64,000 bases of DNA from Squalus acanthias (taxonomy: Eukaryota), in the NCBI GenBank assembly GCA_030390025.1, contig CM059449.1, forward strand, positions 13,950,001-14,014,000, given 5' to 3'. The notes beneath the pieces were generated by a model. That model made no database searches. It was not told where the DNA came from and saw only the letters and a program-made list of their open reading frames with translations. A program made the position numbers and the translations under genes. This document shows, piece by piece, positions 1 through 11,299 of this stretch; the stretch's first letter is position 1, and each line of letters starts with the position of its first letter.

Positions 1-926
1 ATTGAGGGGCAGATTGCCTCTAATACACATGTGGTATAGTGCTGATAATTTTTAGGCAATGTGGTTAAGTTCGAATTCCACGTTTTTAATTAATTTTTCA
101 AAAGCTTACATATACGCATCCACATGTACATTTTAATCTCCCCCGTAATAGAAGTTCATCTTCACCGCCTGAAGGGTAATCTAATCTTAACACACCCCCC
201 CCCCCCACCCGCCCCCGAAGCCCCCCACCACCCCCCACCCCCCACCCTATGGATTTCAATGGAATATAAATCAGGCGAGTTCTACAACAGCCGGGCGATT
301 CACTTGGCCATATTACCACCCAGCTAAGTAAAGACAAAAATCCACATCCTCCTCCTGTGTTTGCGGAAGTGGAGATTGTTGACACTGGGGCTGAAATTGG
401 TCTTGGGTCGTAGCACGAAGCGGTCAGTCCGTGTTTCACCCCCTTTAAGAGAAAATAAAAAAGAAACCGCCGGGGTGTAACACAGGCTGCGGATCCGGTT
501 TCAATCTCTGAGATTGTTGGGATGGCTGTGCAGACTCTGGCAGCAACAAGCGTTTAAGTGGAGATATTGCCTTTGGTCTTGCTCCCTGAGTTGGAGGAGA
601 CAAAAGAATCAATTGAGTTCATCATGATATAGCTGCTGTGTCCACAGTCGAAAATTGTTGAGAAAATGCTGTTTTGTTCTGACTCTAGAGACTAAAATGG
701 AAAAAAAAATATTTTATCATCAGTTTACCTAATTCAACAACTGCTTATCCCATATGAAACATACATACTGTGTTCTGCAATAATCTTTTCTGATCTCCGT
801 GCTTATGTCTCCCGTTGCTTTATCACTGCTATCTGGAGGTCTATGAAGAACTCGGGCCCAGCTTGTTTCTCATCCGTGTTTTCAAAACCCTCCATGGCCT
901 CGCCCCTTCCTATCTCTGTAATCTAA

Positions 927-1860
927 GGTGGGAAACTAGGTGGGATTGTAAATTGTGAGGAGGATGCAAAGAGGCTTCAAGGTGATTTTGACAAGTTGAG
1001 TGAGTGGGCAAATACATGGCAAAAGCAGTATAACGTGGATAAATGTGAAGTTATCCACTTCGGTAGGAAAAACAGAAAGGCAGAGTATTATTTAAATGGT
1101 GATAGATTGGGAAATGTTGATGCACAGAGGGAACTGGGTGCCCTTGTACACCAGTCACTGAAAGCAAACATGAAGGTACAGCAAGCAGTTAGAAAGGCAA
1201 ATGGTATGTTGACCTTCATTGCAAGAGGATTTGAGTACAGGAGCAAGGATGTCTTACTACAGTTATACAGGGCCTTGTTGAGACCACACCTGGAGTAATG
1301 TGTGCAGTTTTTGTCACCTTACCTAGGAAAGGATATACTTGCCATAGCGGGAGTGCAGCGAAGGTTCACCAGACTGATTCCTGGGATGGCAGGACTGTCG
1401 TATGAGGAGAGATTGGGTCGACAAGGCCTGTATTCACTAGAGTTTAGAAGCATGAGAGGGGATCTCATTAAAACGTGTAAAATTCTGACAGGGCTAGACA
1501 GACTGGATGCAGGGAGGATGTTTCCCCTGGCTGGGGGGGTCCAGAACGGAGGGTCACAGTCTCAGGATACGGGGTAGGACATTTAGGACTGAGATGGGGA
1601 GAAATTTGTTCACTCAGAGGGTGGTGAACCTGTGGAATTCTCTACCACAGACAGCTGTAGAGGCCAAGTCACTGGATATATTTAAGAAGGCGATAGATAG
1701 ATTTCTAGACACAAAAGGCGTCAAGGGGTATGGGGAGAGAGCGGGAATATGGTATTGAGATAGTGGATCAGCCATGATCATATTGAATGGCGGAGCAGGC
1801 TCGAAGGGCCGAATGGCCGACTCCTGCTCCTATTTTTCTATGTTTTTCTATGATTCTATG
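927..1860 (+). mobile_element. CR1 3' fragment
   Basis: RT C-terminal peptides (KCEVIHFG, RPHLE, RGDLI, WNSLP) and a ttctatg repeat tail. Confidence 0.9.
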
Positions 1861-2396
1861 TCCATTGTAGGCCCGGACCGATATTCCCTCCCATTGGCTA
1901 GTTGACAAGGTTAGGAATCGATTTAATAAAGGTTTTTTAAAAAACTATGTCGGGTATTGCTAGGGTAAATAGGAAAAGACTTTCCACCGATTGTGGTTTC
2001 AGTGGCGAGGGCTCGTCAATTTAAAATTGTCACCAAGAGATGTTGGGAGAAATGTGCTGGTGCGGAAGATTGTTGGAGAGTGAAGTGCATTGCCACAGGG
2101 AGCAGTAGATGCAGACACCATTACTCGCTGAAATTGTGAATGGAACTTTAGTCGGTGCAGTCATTGTTCGAAGGGGTGCTGGTAATATTCCCGATGTGCA
2201 ACTGACTCTTTGTAGATTTGAGCAGGATTCAACCTCTCAAGTTCATTGTAAGCAGTCTGATCTCCTAGCATCGAATCCTTTAAAAACAGGAAGAAATTTT
2301 CATTCATTTAACTTTTCGATCAACTTATTTTAAGTTATTGCAAGATAGACCGGTAATATATCATTTAATATTGATGTAGAATCTACATCACGCCGA

Positions 2397-2705
2397 CATA
2401 AATTTAAAACAGAAATAGACAGTTTCCTAGAAGTAAAGGGAATTAAGGGTTACGGGGAGCGGGCAGGGATTTGGACATGAGTCTAGGTTCGGATTGGTCC
2501 TGGCCCTGTGGGTAGCGTAGCGGGCCCAGGGGCCGTGTAGCCTGATTCTGCTCCTATTTCGTGTGTTCAATTCTGTTAGGTTCAGGAGATGGTTCTGTGA
2601 TAGTAGATTGGCGGTTAGGAACAGATCAGCCATGATCTTATTGAATGGCGGAGCAGGCTCGAGGGGCAAATTCGCCTACTCCTGCTCCTATTTCTTATGT
2701 TCTTA
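2397..2705 (+). mobile_element. Short CR1 3' insertion, absent from block B
   Basis: Matches the 3' end of the 11563-14842 element; empty site cgccga|ttgt near 57634. Confidence 0.88.
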
Positions 2706-3515
2706 TTGTGAGCTTCGTTCTATGAGACAGCTGTTTGTAACTGGAGGTCAAAGAGCAAGTAACAGTTAAAATCATGTATTATGTACTTGTAACAATAACC
2801 TTTACAATCTTGCAAGCACAGCCTAGTGTTCGTGATCAGAATGATGAGAAATATCTATTTATGGGGTAGATTTTCAACTTGCCTCCCGAGCATTGGAAAG
2901 GATAATCCAACGGGGAGTATAACGGGCGGCTGATCCACCAACGCCTGTTTTTCACCCCCGCCCAAGTTCAATTTCACCTCCTGACACTGGCCTGCTGAGT
3001 GTTTGCAAATTTTGTTTTGGTTCTGTTTCCGAGTTGCATTCTTTTTCTTTTTACTTATGCAGTTATTTATAACTTGGGCTTAGTACACATTTGCGCTGAT
3101 TAAATTTCCAAGCAGTTGTCCTTTTGAAACCCTGCTGACGGCCAATAGCGAATTAATTTGGCCCATTTGACACTATAAACTGACCAGCATATTAACCTGC
3201 TGTTGTTTATTAATATTATCCTATAAATCATTCAGAAAAACACAAAGCCACAGAATTTAATTCATCTGATAATGAAGCATTGTGACGTTGGTGTTACCGA
3301 CAAAACCTAGCTGTTTTCTACTTTAAAGTAAGGAATTAAGAAGTTATTACTGTAACGTCAATATTCAGGTTCTGATTACTCTTTCAAATGCTCTGATAGT
3401 TGCTATATTCCTCCCTGTAATTTTAGGTATCCAGTCGAAATAGTTATCGTTATTTTGTATTTGAAAAGTTGGAGAAGAATGAGACAGTAGAGGAGAGTGG
3501 GCGGTATGGATAGTA

Positions 3516-3589
3516 GCCCCAGTGGCCTAATGGCTAAGGCACTGGCCTCCTAAACTCAGGGATTCTGGATTCGAGTCCCAGCTGGGGTG
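3516..3589 (+). pseudogene. tRNA-Arg(CCT) degenerate copy
   Basis: Same sequence with an insertion in the anticodon stem (AACTCAG) and a T-stem mismatch. Confidence 0.8.
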
Positions 3590-4139
3590 AGGTGAAATTT
3601 TAGGTCAGCCGTGGCTCAATGGGTCGCACGCTCACCTTTGGGTCAGAAGGTTGTTTGTTGGTCCCGTTCCAGGAACTTAAGCACAAAAATCTAGGCAGCA
3701 GATTCCGAGTTTCATCGGAACAGGTGTGGACCTTTCAGCCCCTCGAGCTTGTTCCGCTGTTCAATGAGGTCATGGCTGATCTGTGACCCAACTCCAGATG
3801 GTCTTTGGCCCATATCCCTTAATACCTTTGGTTATCAGAAAGCTATCAATCTCTGATTTAAAATTAACAATTGACCTAGCATCAATTGTCATTTGTGGAA
3901 GAGAGTTTCAAACCTCTACCACTCTTTGTGTGGAAGTGATTCCTAATTTCACTCCTGATAAGTCTGACTCTAATTTTTACACTAGTCCTAGAACCCCCCA
4001 ATCAGCGGAAATAGTTTCTCTCTATCTACCCACTGTTCTCCTTAATATCCTGAAAACTTCTATCAGATCATCGTTATAAATTCTGGGGAATACAACCTTA
4101 GTTTATGTAATATTCAATGTATTGAAATTAAAAAAGAAA

Positions 4140-4945
4140 AAGTTGCATTTAAAAAACGCTGTTCACGACCTCGTGATGTCGCAAAGCGCTTTACAGCCAA
4201 TGAAGTACTTTTTGAAGTGCAGTCACTGTTGTGATGTAGCAAATGCGGCAGCCAATTTTCGCACAGCAAGGTCCCATAACTGTGATAATGACTAGATAGA
4301 TAATCTGTTTTTTTAGTAATGTTGGTTGAGGGATAAATTATTGGCCAGGACACCGGGGAGAACTCCACAGCTCTTCTTCGAAATAGTGCCATGGGATCTT
4401 TTATGTCCACCTGAGAGGACATACGGGGCCTGGGTTTAACGGTTCATCCGAAAGACGTTAAACCCATGATTGCAAAATCATGAGGGGTCTGGACAGGGTA
4501 GATAGAGAGAAACTGTTCCCATTGGCAGAAGGGTCGAAAACCAGAGGACATAGATTTAAGGTGATTGGCAAAAGAACCAAAGGCGACGTAAGAAAAATCT
4601 TTTTTGCGCAGCGAGTGGATAGGATCTGGAATGCACTGCCTGAAAGGGTGGTGGAAGAAGATTCAATCACGGCTTTCAAAAGGGAGTTGGATAAGTATCT
4701 GAAGGAAAGAAATTTGCAGGGCTATGGGGGAAGGGACTAGCTGAGGTGCTCTTGCAGAGAGCCGGCACGGGCTCGACGGGCCGAATGGCCTTCTTTCTTG
4801 CTGTAACTATTCTATGATTCTACCTCCGACAGCGCAACACTCCCTCAGTCCTGGACTGGAGCGTCGGCCTAGATTTTTGGTGTTCAAGTTTCTGGATCTG
4901 ACCCAGAGGTGAGAGATCTGCCCACTGAGCCACGGGTGACACTAA
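4140..4945 (-). mobile_element. Deu-domain tRNA-derived SINE interrupted by a CR1 fragment (~4470-4820)
   Basis: Core aaagatcccatggcactatttcgaagaagagc...ccccggtgtcctggccaa on the - strand; related copies at ~6373-6656, ~59075-59660, ~60347-60627. Confidence 0.75.
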
Positions 4946-4954
4946 GATACTACA

Positions 4955-5029
4955 CCACGACAGATGGAATTCGAAACCCCGATCTCTAACTCAGTGAGGC
5001 CAGTGCCTTATCCATTAGACCACTGGTGC
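4955..5029 (-). pseudogene. tRNA-Arg(CCT) degenerate copy
   Basis: Reverse complement GCACCAGTGGTCTAATGGATAAGGCACTGGCCTC...; anticodon loop and 3' half decayed. Confidence 0.75.
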
Positions 5030-6217
5030 TACTACACGCACTCACTCCTCTCCTCTACTATCTCATACTTCTCCAAGTTTTAAAAAATGTGGAAATTATA
5101 ATACCTCTCTCCGTCTTCCCGAAGTATACGGAATTTTAGAACACGAGATTGGCCTCATCTAATTATTAGTTGATTTGCCTCATCCTGTCCCTTGCTCTTT
5201 TTAACCTTGGTTTCTCAGTTAGAAACTAACAACATTCTCTTACCGCCTGTCCCGTGTCTTCGGTTCTATTGGTTACAATACAAGACGGGGGAGAGCTCAC
5301 AGTTCAACCTGCTACTTAACCTTTTAAGAAAGATCATTCTTGGCATCAGATGAGGGGGTAGATTTTGGGTTTGGAATAGATCTTGACTTTGTGCGGTTGC
5401 GCCAAACGGGTGATGTCAATGGAAACCAGCATCGGGAGAGATGGAAAGCGGGCTGCCAATTGGCTGTCGCCCGTTTAACACGAACGCGCAAAGTTAAAAT
5501 CTAACCCAACAATCGGAGTCAGATACATGTTTTCCGCCTCACAGAAGTTGTGAAAAAATGCCATAAATATCATTTCAATAATTCTGGTTTAATAATATGG
5601 GTCGATTTCTTCTGGTTCAGACTGTGTATCGACATCTTGAAAGCGTTGGTCAGGGTTACTCGAATTCAAAGAATTCCTGGATCATTTTGATAGAAATATT
5701 GAACTGAACAACTCCCTATGAGAGTATTTGCCCCGTCGAATTCTTAGGATTCTCCGATGATGATTTAAACCGTACAATTACAGGACGCATAGTCAGAAGG
5801 GTGACCTATTGACACACACACTTTACAAAGGAACATAGTTAGTTTGTCACTGCCGTCTGCATGCGAGCATTGCGATTACAAGAGACAAAAACCTCTGTGC
5901 TTCCCACAGAACAGGAGTTAAATTGATTGCTCGGTCTGTCTGTTTACTTCTTCCTTCCAAAGATGACCGACTGATGTCAGTATTTATTTGGGGCTCCAAG
6001 ATAACCCTTTTTTCTACTTAGCAATGCAGAATACGTATAATTCACGCGTTCATGAGAAGGAAATGGTTGTAGATTCGCCTGCTCTGCTTCAGGGCTCCAT
6101 TGCACCGATATTTACCATAAAATGAAATGAAAATTGGGCGGGTTCTATAACCGGCACTCGATCCGCAACGACAGGTTTGTAGCCGGATAGCATGTTGAAA
6201 TCAACACACATATTATA

Positions 6218-6256
6218 TACACACACACACACACACATACACACACACACACACAC
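6218..6256. repeat. (CA)n microsatellite
   Basis: Direct reading. Confidence 0.95.
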
Positions 6257-6656
6257 CAGAATAAAAACAGAATTAGGTTACATGAAAATTCCAGTTACCT
6301 ATTACTTGCTGTTTGGTTGCATTGCCGTCACCCCATCCCTTTCCCATCAACTTTACGCACTGAAAAGAAAAGATAGACTTGCATTTAAAAAGCGCCTTTA
6401 ATCTCCTCAGGATGTCCCAAAAGCGCTTTCCAGCCATTGAAGCTCTTTTTGAAGTGTAGTCGCTGTTGTAATGTTGGAAACGCGACAGCCAATTTGCGCA
6501 CAGCAAGCTCCCAAAAATAGCAATGTGATAATGACCAGATCATCTGTTTATTTAGTGATGTTGGTTGAGGGATAAATATTGGCCCAGGACACCGGGGAGA
6601 ACTCCCCTGCTCTTCTTCGAACAGTGGCCCTGGGATCTTTTAAGTCCACCTGAGAG

Positions 6657-6918
6657 TCTGAGACTCCGTCAGGTCGGAGAGTTTAATGAAAATTCTCACC
6701 TTGTTAAATGAACTGATGTCCGAGTTTTCCAGCCGCCCTTTAGAAATCAGACTTTTGCCCAAATCACCAGCGTTTCTTTCACCTCGTGTCCACGGGACTG
6801 CCGATCGGTGAGCCCTATTCCGCCAAAATTCACGGCGCAGTTCAATGGCACTGACTCTCCCTCTACTGCACTTGTGAATTCGCAAACTGGAATTCGGCGA
6901 GACTCACTCTCTGGTCTC
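6657..6918 (-). pseudogene. NCR3-like V-exon relic, copy A
   Basis: Two frames give AVEGESVPLNCAV and WTRGER...KGRLENSDISSFNKVRIFIKLSDLT, matching the intact V (ATEGESVTLNCAV, WTRGK, RGRLQKADSETFAKNRIFIKISNLT). It is frameshifted and cut by a DeuSINE before YYC; acceptor ctttactttatag|. Confidence 0.85.
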
Positions 6919-7319
6919 CTATAAAGTAAAGGCAGTTTTATTTGGAACCCGACCGTATTGCATTCCAAGTCTTATCAAACGATAACCTACAAATTTATAA
7001 TCATCCCAATATTACTACCGATAAAGTAAAAGGTGAGAAATGTTTTGGTTTTCGAGAGTGGCGCCTATATAAAAATAGTTTCCTTATAATTGTGTTCACC
7101 GGCGAATTTAGTTTGTTGCAATGCTGCAAGTGTTTGAATCTTATTATCGCGCACTGTTACGCTTCTTATTTAGCTGCGAGTGTCTTAGCAGATCACCCCG
7201 TCTGTGGTACCCGTAGTTCGGTCGCCTCCGACGTGACTCAAGGCGCAGTCACAGAGCCTGTGAAGTTTGCGGGCCATTGTGGCAATTAATTAATAAGATC
7301 GGGCTGGCCATCCATTTAT

Positions 7320-8510
7320 ATGGCCACTTATGGCGTATTTGTACTGCAGCTATGAAATGCGAGGTTGTACCTATCAGGAAAGGATGAACAGGCTGGGTCA
7401 CTTTTCTCTTGAAAAACAGAAGGCTGAGGGGTGACCTAATAGAGATCTTTAACATTACGAAAGGTTTTGATAGAGTAGACACACAGAGTGTTTCCACTTG
7501 TGGGGCAGAGTAAAACTAGAGGCCATCAATATAAGATAGTCACCAAGAAATTCAATAGGGAATCCAGAAGGACCTTCTTTACCCAGAGAGTGTTGCGAAT
7601 GTGGAACTCGTTACCACAGGGAGTGGTTGAAGCGAATCCTCTCTGGGGTTCAGGTATATAGATCATTAAAATATCATGAACAGGTGCAGCAAATAATCAA
7701 AAAGACTATTGGGATGCTGACCTTAATATCCAGAGAACTAGAATACAAGGTGGGTCGAAGTTATGCTGCAGCTGTACAAAACCATTGTTAGACCACACCT
7801 GGAGTACTGTGAGCAGTTCTGGACACCACACCTTAGGACGGATATATTAGCCTTGGAGGGAGTGCAGCATCGGTATACCAGAATGATACCCGGACTTCAA
7901 GGGTTAAGTTAAGAGGTGAGATTACACAAATTAGGGTTGTATTCCCTAGAATTTAGAATGTTAAGGGGTGATCTGATCGACGTTTTCACGATATTAAGGG
8001 GAACAGAGTGTAGATAGAGAGAAACTATTTCCACTGGCTGGGGATTCTAGGACTAGGGGACATAGTCTAAAAATTAGAGCCAGACCTTTCAGGAGTGAAG
8101 TTCGGAAACACTCTAACACACAAAGGGTGGTAGAAGTTTGGAACTCTCTTCCGCAAACGGCAATTGATGCTGGGTCAATTGTTAATTTTAAATCAGAGAT
8201 TGATAGCTTTCTGATAACCAAAGGTTATTAAGGGATATGGGCCAAAGGCGGGTATATGGAGTTCGGTCGCAGATCAGCCACGATCTCATTGAATGGTGCA
8301 ACAGGCTCGAGGGGCTGAATGGCCTCCTCCTGTTCCGATGTCTAGATGCAATTCAGGAGAGGCTAGATAAGTGTATGAGGGAGAGGGGAATGCAGGGCTA
8401 TGCTGATAGAGTTAGATGAGGAAAGACGGGAGGAGGCTGGAATCGCGCATGGACTGGTTGGGTCGAATAGCCTGTTTCTGTGCTGTATATTCTATGTTAT
8501 TCTATGTAAG
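7320..8510 (+). mobile_element. Stack of CR1 3' fragments (duplicate at ~61320-62475)
   Basis: Repeated RGDLIE/FPL/WNSLP-coding segments. Confidence 0.85.
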
Positions 8511-9368
8511 CTGCAACGCCTGAGGCACATAGCTGGGATCAGGGTCCCAGTCAGGAACAACCCTGTTTACATTGCACAAGCCGACAGTTCATCCAATAAC
8601 CGGTGAGGCTGCTTTCGGGGCCTGCTCGACCCAACCTGCTGCCGCTGCATGACGTGAAATGTCAGCCGAGATACGTTCACTTGCGTCACAAGCAGTTCTA
8701 TGATTGTGATTTCAGGAGAAACACACATCTTCTCCCTTGTGTTATAGCATCTACGGTGAGGGGAGCCGGCGCCACAGTATTAAAACACCGCAGGCTGATG
8801 CATGAACAGTATCCCAACTGTGTCCGCCGCTGCACAGGAAGGGATTGTGTGTTTGGACTGAATGTTTAAGATTGAGAAACATAAGAACATAAGATCATAA
8901 GAAATAGGAGCAGGAATAGGCCACTTGGCCCCTCGAGCCTGCTCCGCCATTCAATAAGATCATGGCTGATCTTGAGCTCAAAGCCACTTCCCTGCCCGCT
9001 CCCCATAACCCTTCACTCCCTTATCTTGCAAAAATATGTCTAGCTCCACCTTAAATGTATTTAATGACCCAGCCTCCACGGCTCTCTGAGGCAGAGAATT
9101 CCACAGATTTACGACCCTCTGAGAGAAGAAATTCCTCCTCATCTCAGTTCCAAAGGGGCGACCCTTTATTCTTTAAGGCTTTAGGAAGAGCTGTTCAAAA
9201 ATATGGAATAAATGGGAAGTGTTCAAAAATATGGAATGGGAATGAAGGAATTGAAATTAATGAATGGTTTCCATTTCCAACATCTGTGCACTTAACAAGA
9301 ATCTGGATCAGCTCGTCCATGAGTGCTAGCAGCGGGGTACAGTAGTGTGGTGGAATAACAATTTCAGA

Positions 9369-10443
9369 CGATTTGGAGGAGGGGACCGAGTGTAACATAT
9401 CAAAGTTTGCAGATGATACAAAGATGGGAGGGAAAGTAGAGAGTGAGGAGGACATAAAAAACCTACAAGGGGATATAGATGGGCTGGGTGAGTGCGCAGA
9501 GATTTGGCAGATGCAATACAATATTGGAAAATGTGAGGTTATGCACTTTGGCAGGAAAAATCAGAGAGCAAGTTATTATCTTAATGGCGAGAAACTGGAA
9601 AGTACTGCAGTACAAAGGGATCTGGGGGTCTTGGTGCAAGAAAATCAAAAAGTTAGTATGCAGGTGCAGCAGGTGATCAAGAAAGCCAATGGAATGTTGG
9701 CTTTTATTGCTAGGGGGATAGAATATAAAAACAGGGAGGTATTGCTGCAGTTGTATAGGGTATTGGTGAGACCGCACCTGCAGTACTGCATACAGTTTTG
9801 TAGTCCATACTTAAGAAAAGACATACTTGCTCTCGAGGCAGTACAAAGAAGGTTCACTCGGTTAATTCCGGGGATGAGGGGGTGGACATACGAGGAGAGG
9901 TTGAGTAGATTGGGACTCTACTCATTGGAGTTCAGAAGAATGAGAGGCGATCTTATTGAAACATATAAGATTGTGAAGGGGCTTGATCGGGTGGACGCGG
10001 TGAGGATGTTCCCAATGATGGGTGAAACTAGAACTAGGGGACATAATCTTAGAATAAGGGGCTCCTCTTTCAAAACTGAGATGAGGAGAAACTTTTTCAC
10101 TCCGAGGGTAGTGGGTCTGTGGAATTTGCTACCCCAGGAAGCTGTGGAAGCTACTTCATTAAATAAATTTAAAACAGAAATAGACCGTTTCCTAGAAGTA
10201 AAGGGAATCAGGGGTTACGGGGAGCGGGCTGGAAATTGGACATGAGTTTGAGTTCGGATCGGTCAAGGCCCTGTGGGTGGCGGAGCGGGCCCAGGGGCCG
10301 AGTGGCCTGGTCCTGCTCCTACTTCTTGTGTTCTTTAGAGTTGAGTTGGATCAGATCAGCCATGATCTCATTGAATGGCAGAGCAGGCTCGAGGGGCCGA
10401 TTGGTCTACTCCTGCTCCTATTTCTTATGTTTTTATGTTCTTA
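9369..10443 (+). mobile_element. Young CR1 3' fragment (open 290-aa RT C-terminus) inserted in a SINE
   Basis: ORF 9373-10245 is uninterrupted; absent from block B near 63373; near-identical copy at 55128-55789 (-). Confidence 0.92.
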
Positions 10444-11299
10444 TGAGTTCAAATCCCACTATGGCAACGTGAGACTTTGTATCCATTTTTTTTAAAAACA
10501 TCTGAAAATATAAAAGGTAATATTAATAAAAGTGACTATGAATCCAATTCTTTCACCAATTTCCTTCAGGGAAGGAGTCCTTACCTGGTTCAAATCCCAC
10601 CATGGAGAATTTGAATTCAGTTTTTTGTTCCATCTGAAAATAAAAATGGATCAGTAAAAGTGACAATGAAGCTGTTGTCATGAAAAAAAAAACAACTGGT
10701 TCACGAATGTCTTTTAGGAAATGAGTCCTTACCTGGCCTGGTTGATATATGACTCCAACGTGATTGACACTTAACTGCGCTCTGAAGTACCCTAACAAGC
10801 CACTCAGTTGTATCAAGCGACTACATTGCAGCAGTTCAATGAGGAGGTCTACCACCACCTTCTCAAGGCAACCAGGGATGGGCACTAAAGGCGACGCCTG
10901 CATCCCGAGAATGATTTTTTCAGTTGCAGGTAGCTGAACTTGGTGTACAATTGTATTTAGTTAGAGTTGAGCTCTTTCGGTTAGATACTTTCCGGCTGAT
11001 AGTTGGTTCAATGAGCGGACACAATTAAGAGTATTATAAATAACTAACATCCCCAGCAGAGCACAGCCTGCACAGACTCGGTGTCAATGTGAGCTCAGTC
11101 ACGTAACGCGGTAAATTAACCGCATGCACACGGCTCGGTTTACAAGGCTTGCAGACATAAATAAGTTAGTGTGTGAGAAATACGTGGGAAGCTGAACATC
11201 AGCAACATTTCAATTCAGTCAATTCGCTGGTCAACACGTTTGAAGATAAGCTGCCTTTACTGGATTTTACTGGATTTTTAGTGTCACTTTAATTCTCGG

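Larger units (their letters stand above)
1433..11068 (+). repeat. Segmental duplication, block A
   Basis: Collinear with 55944-64000 through both unique and repeat sequence; differs by several indels. Confidence 0.93.

Noticed and set aside
98-439. Gly-rich and Pro-rich ORFs
   Set aside because: Artefacts of a poly-C low-complexity tract.
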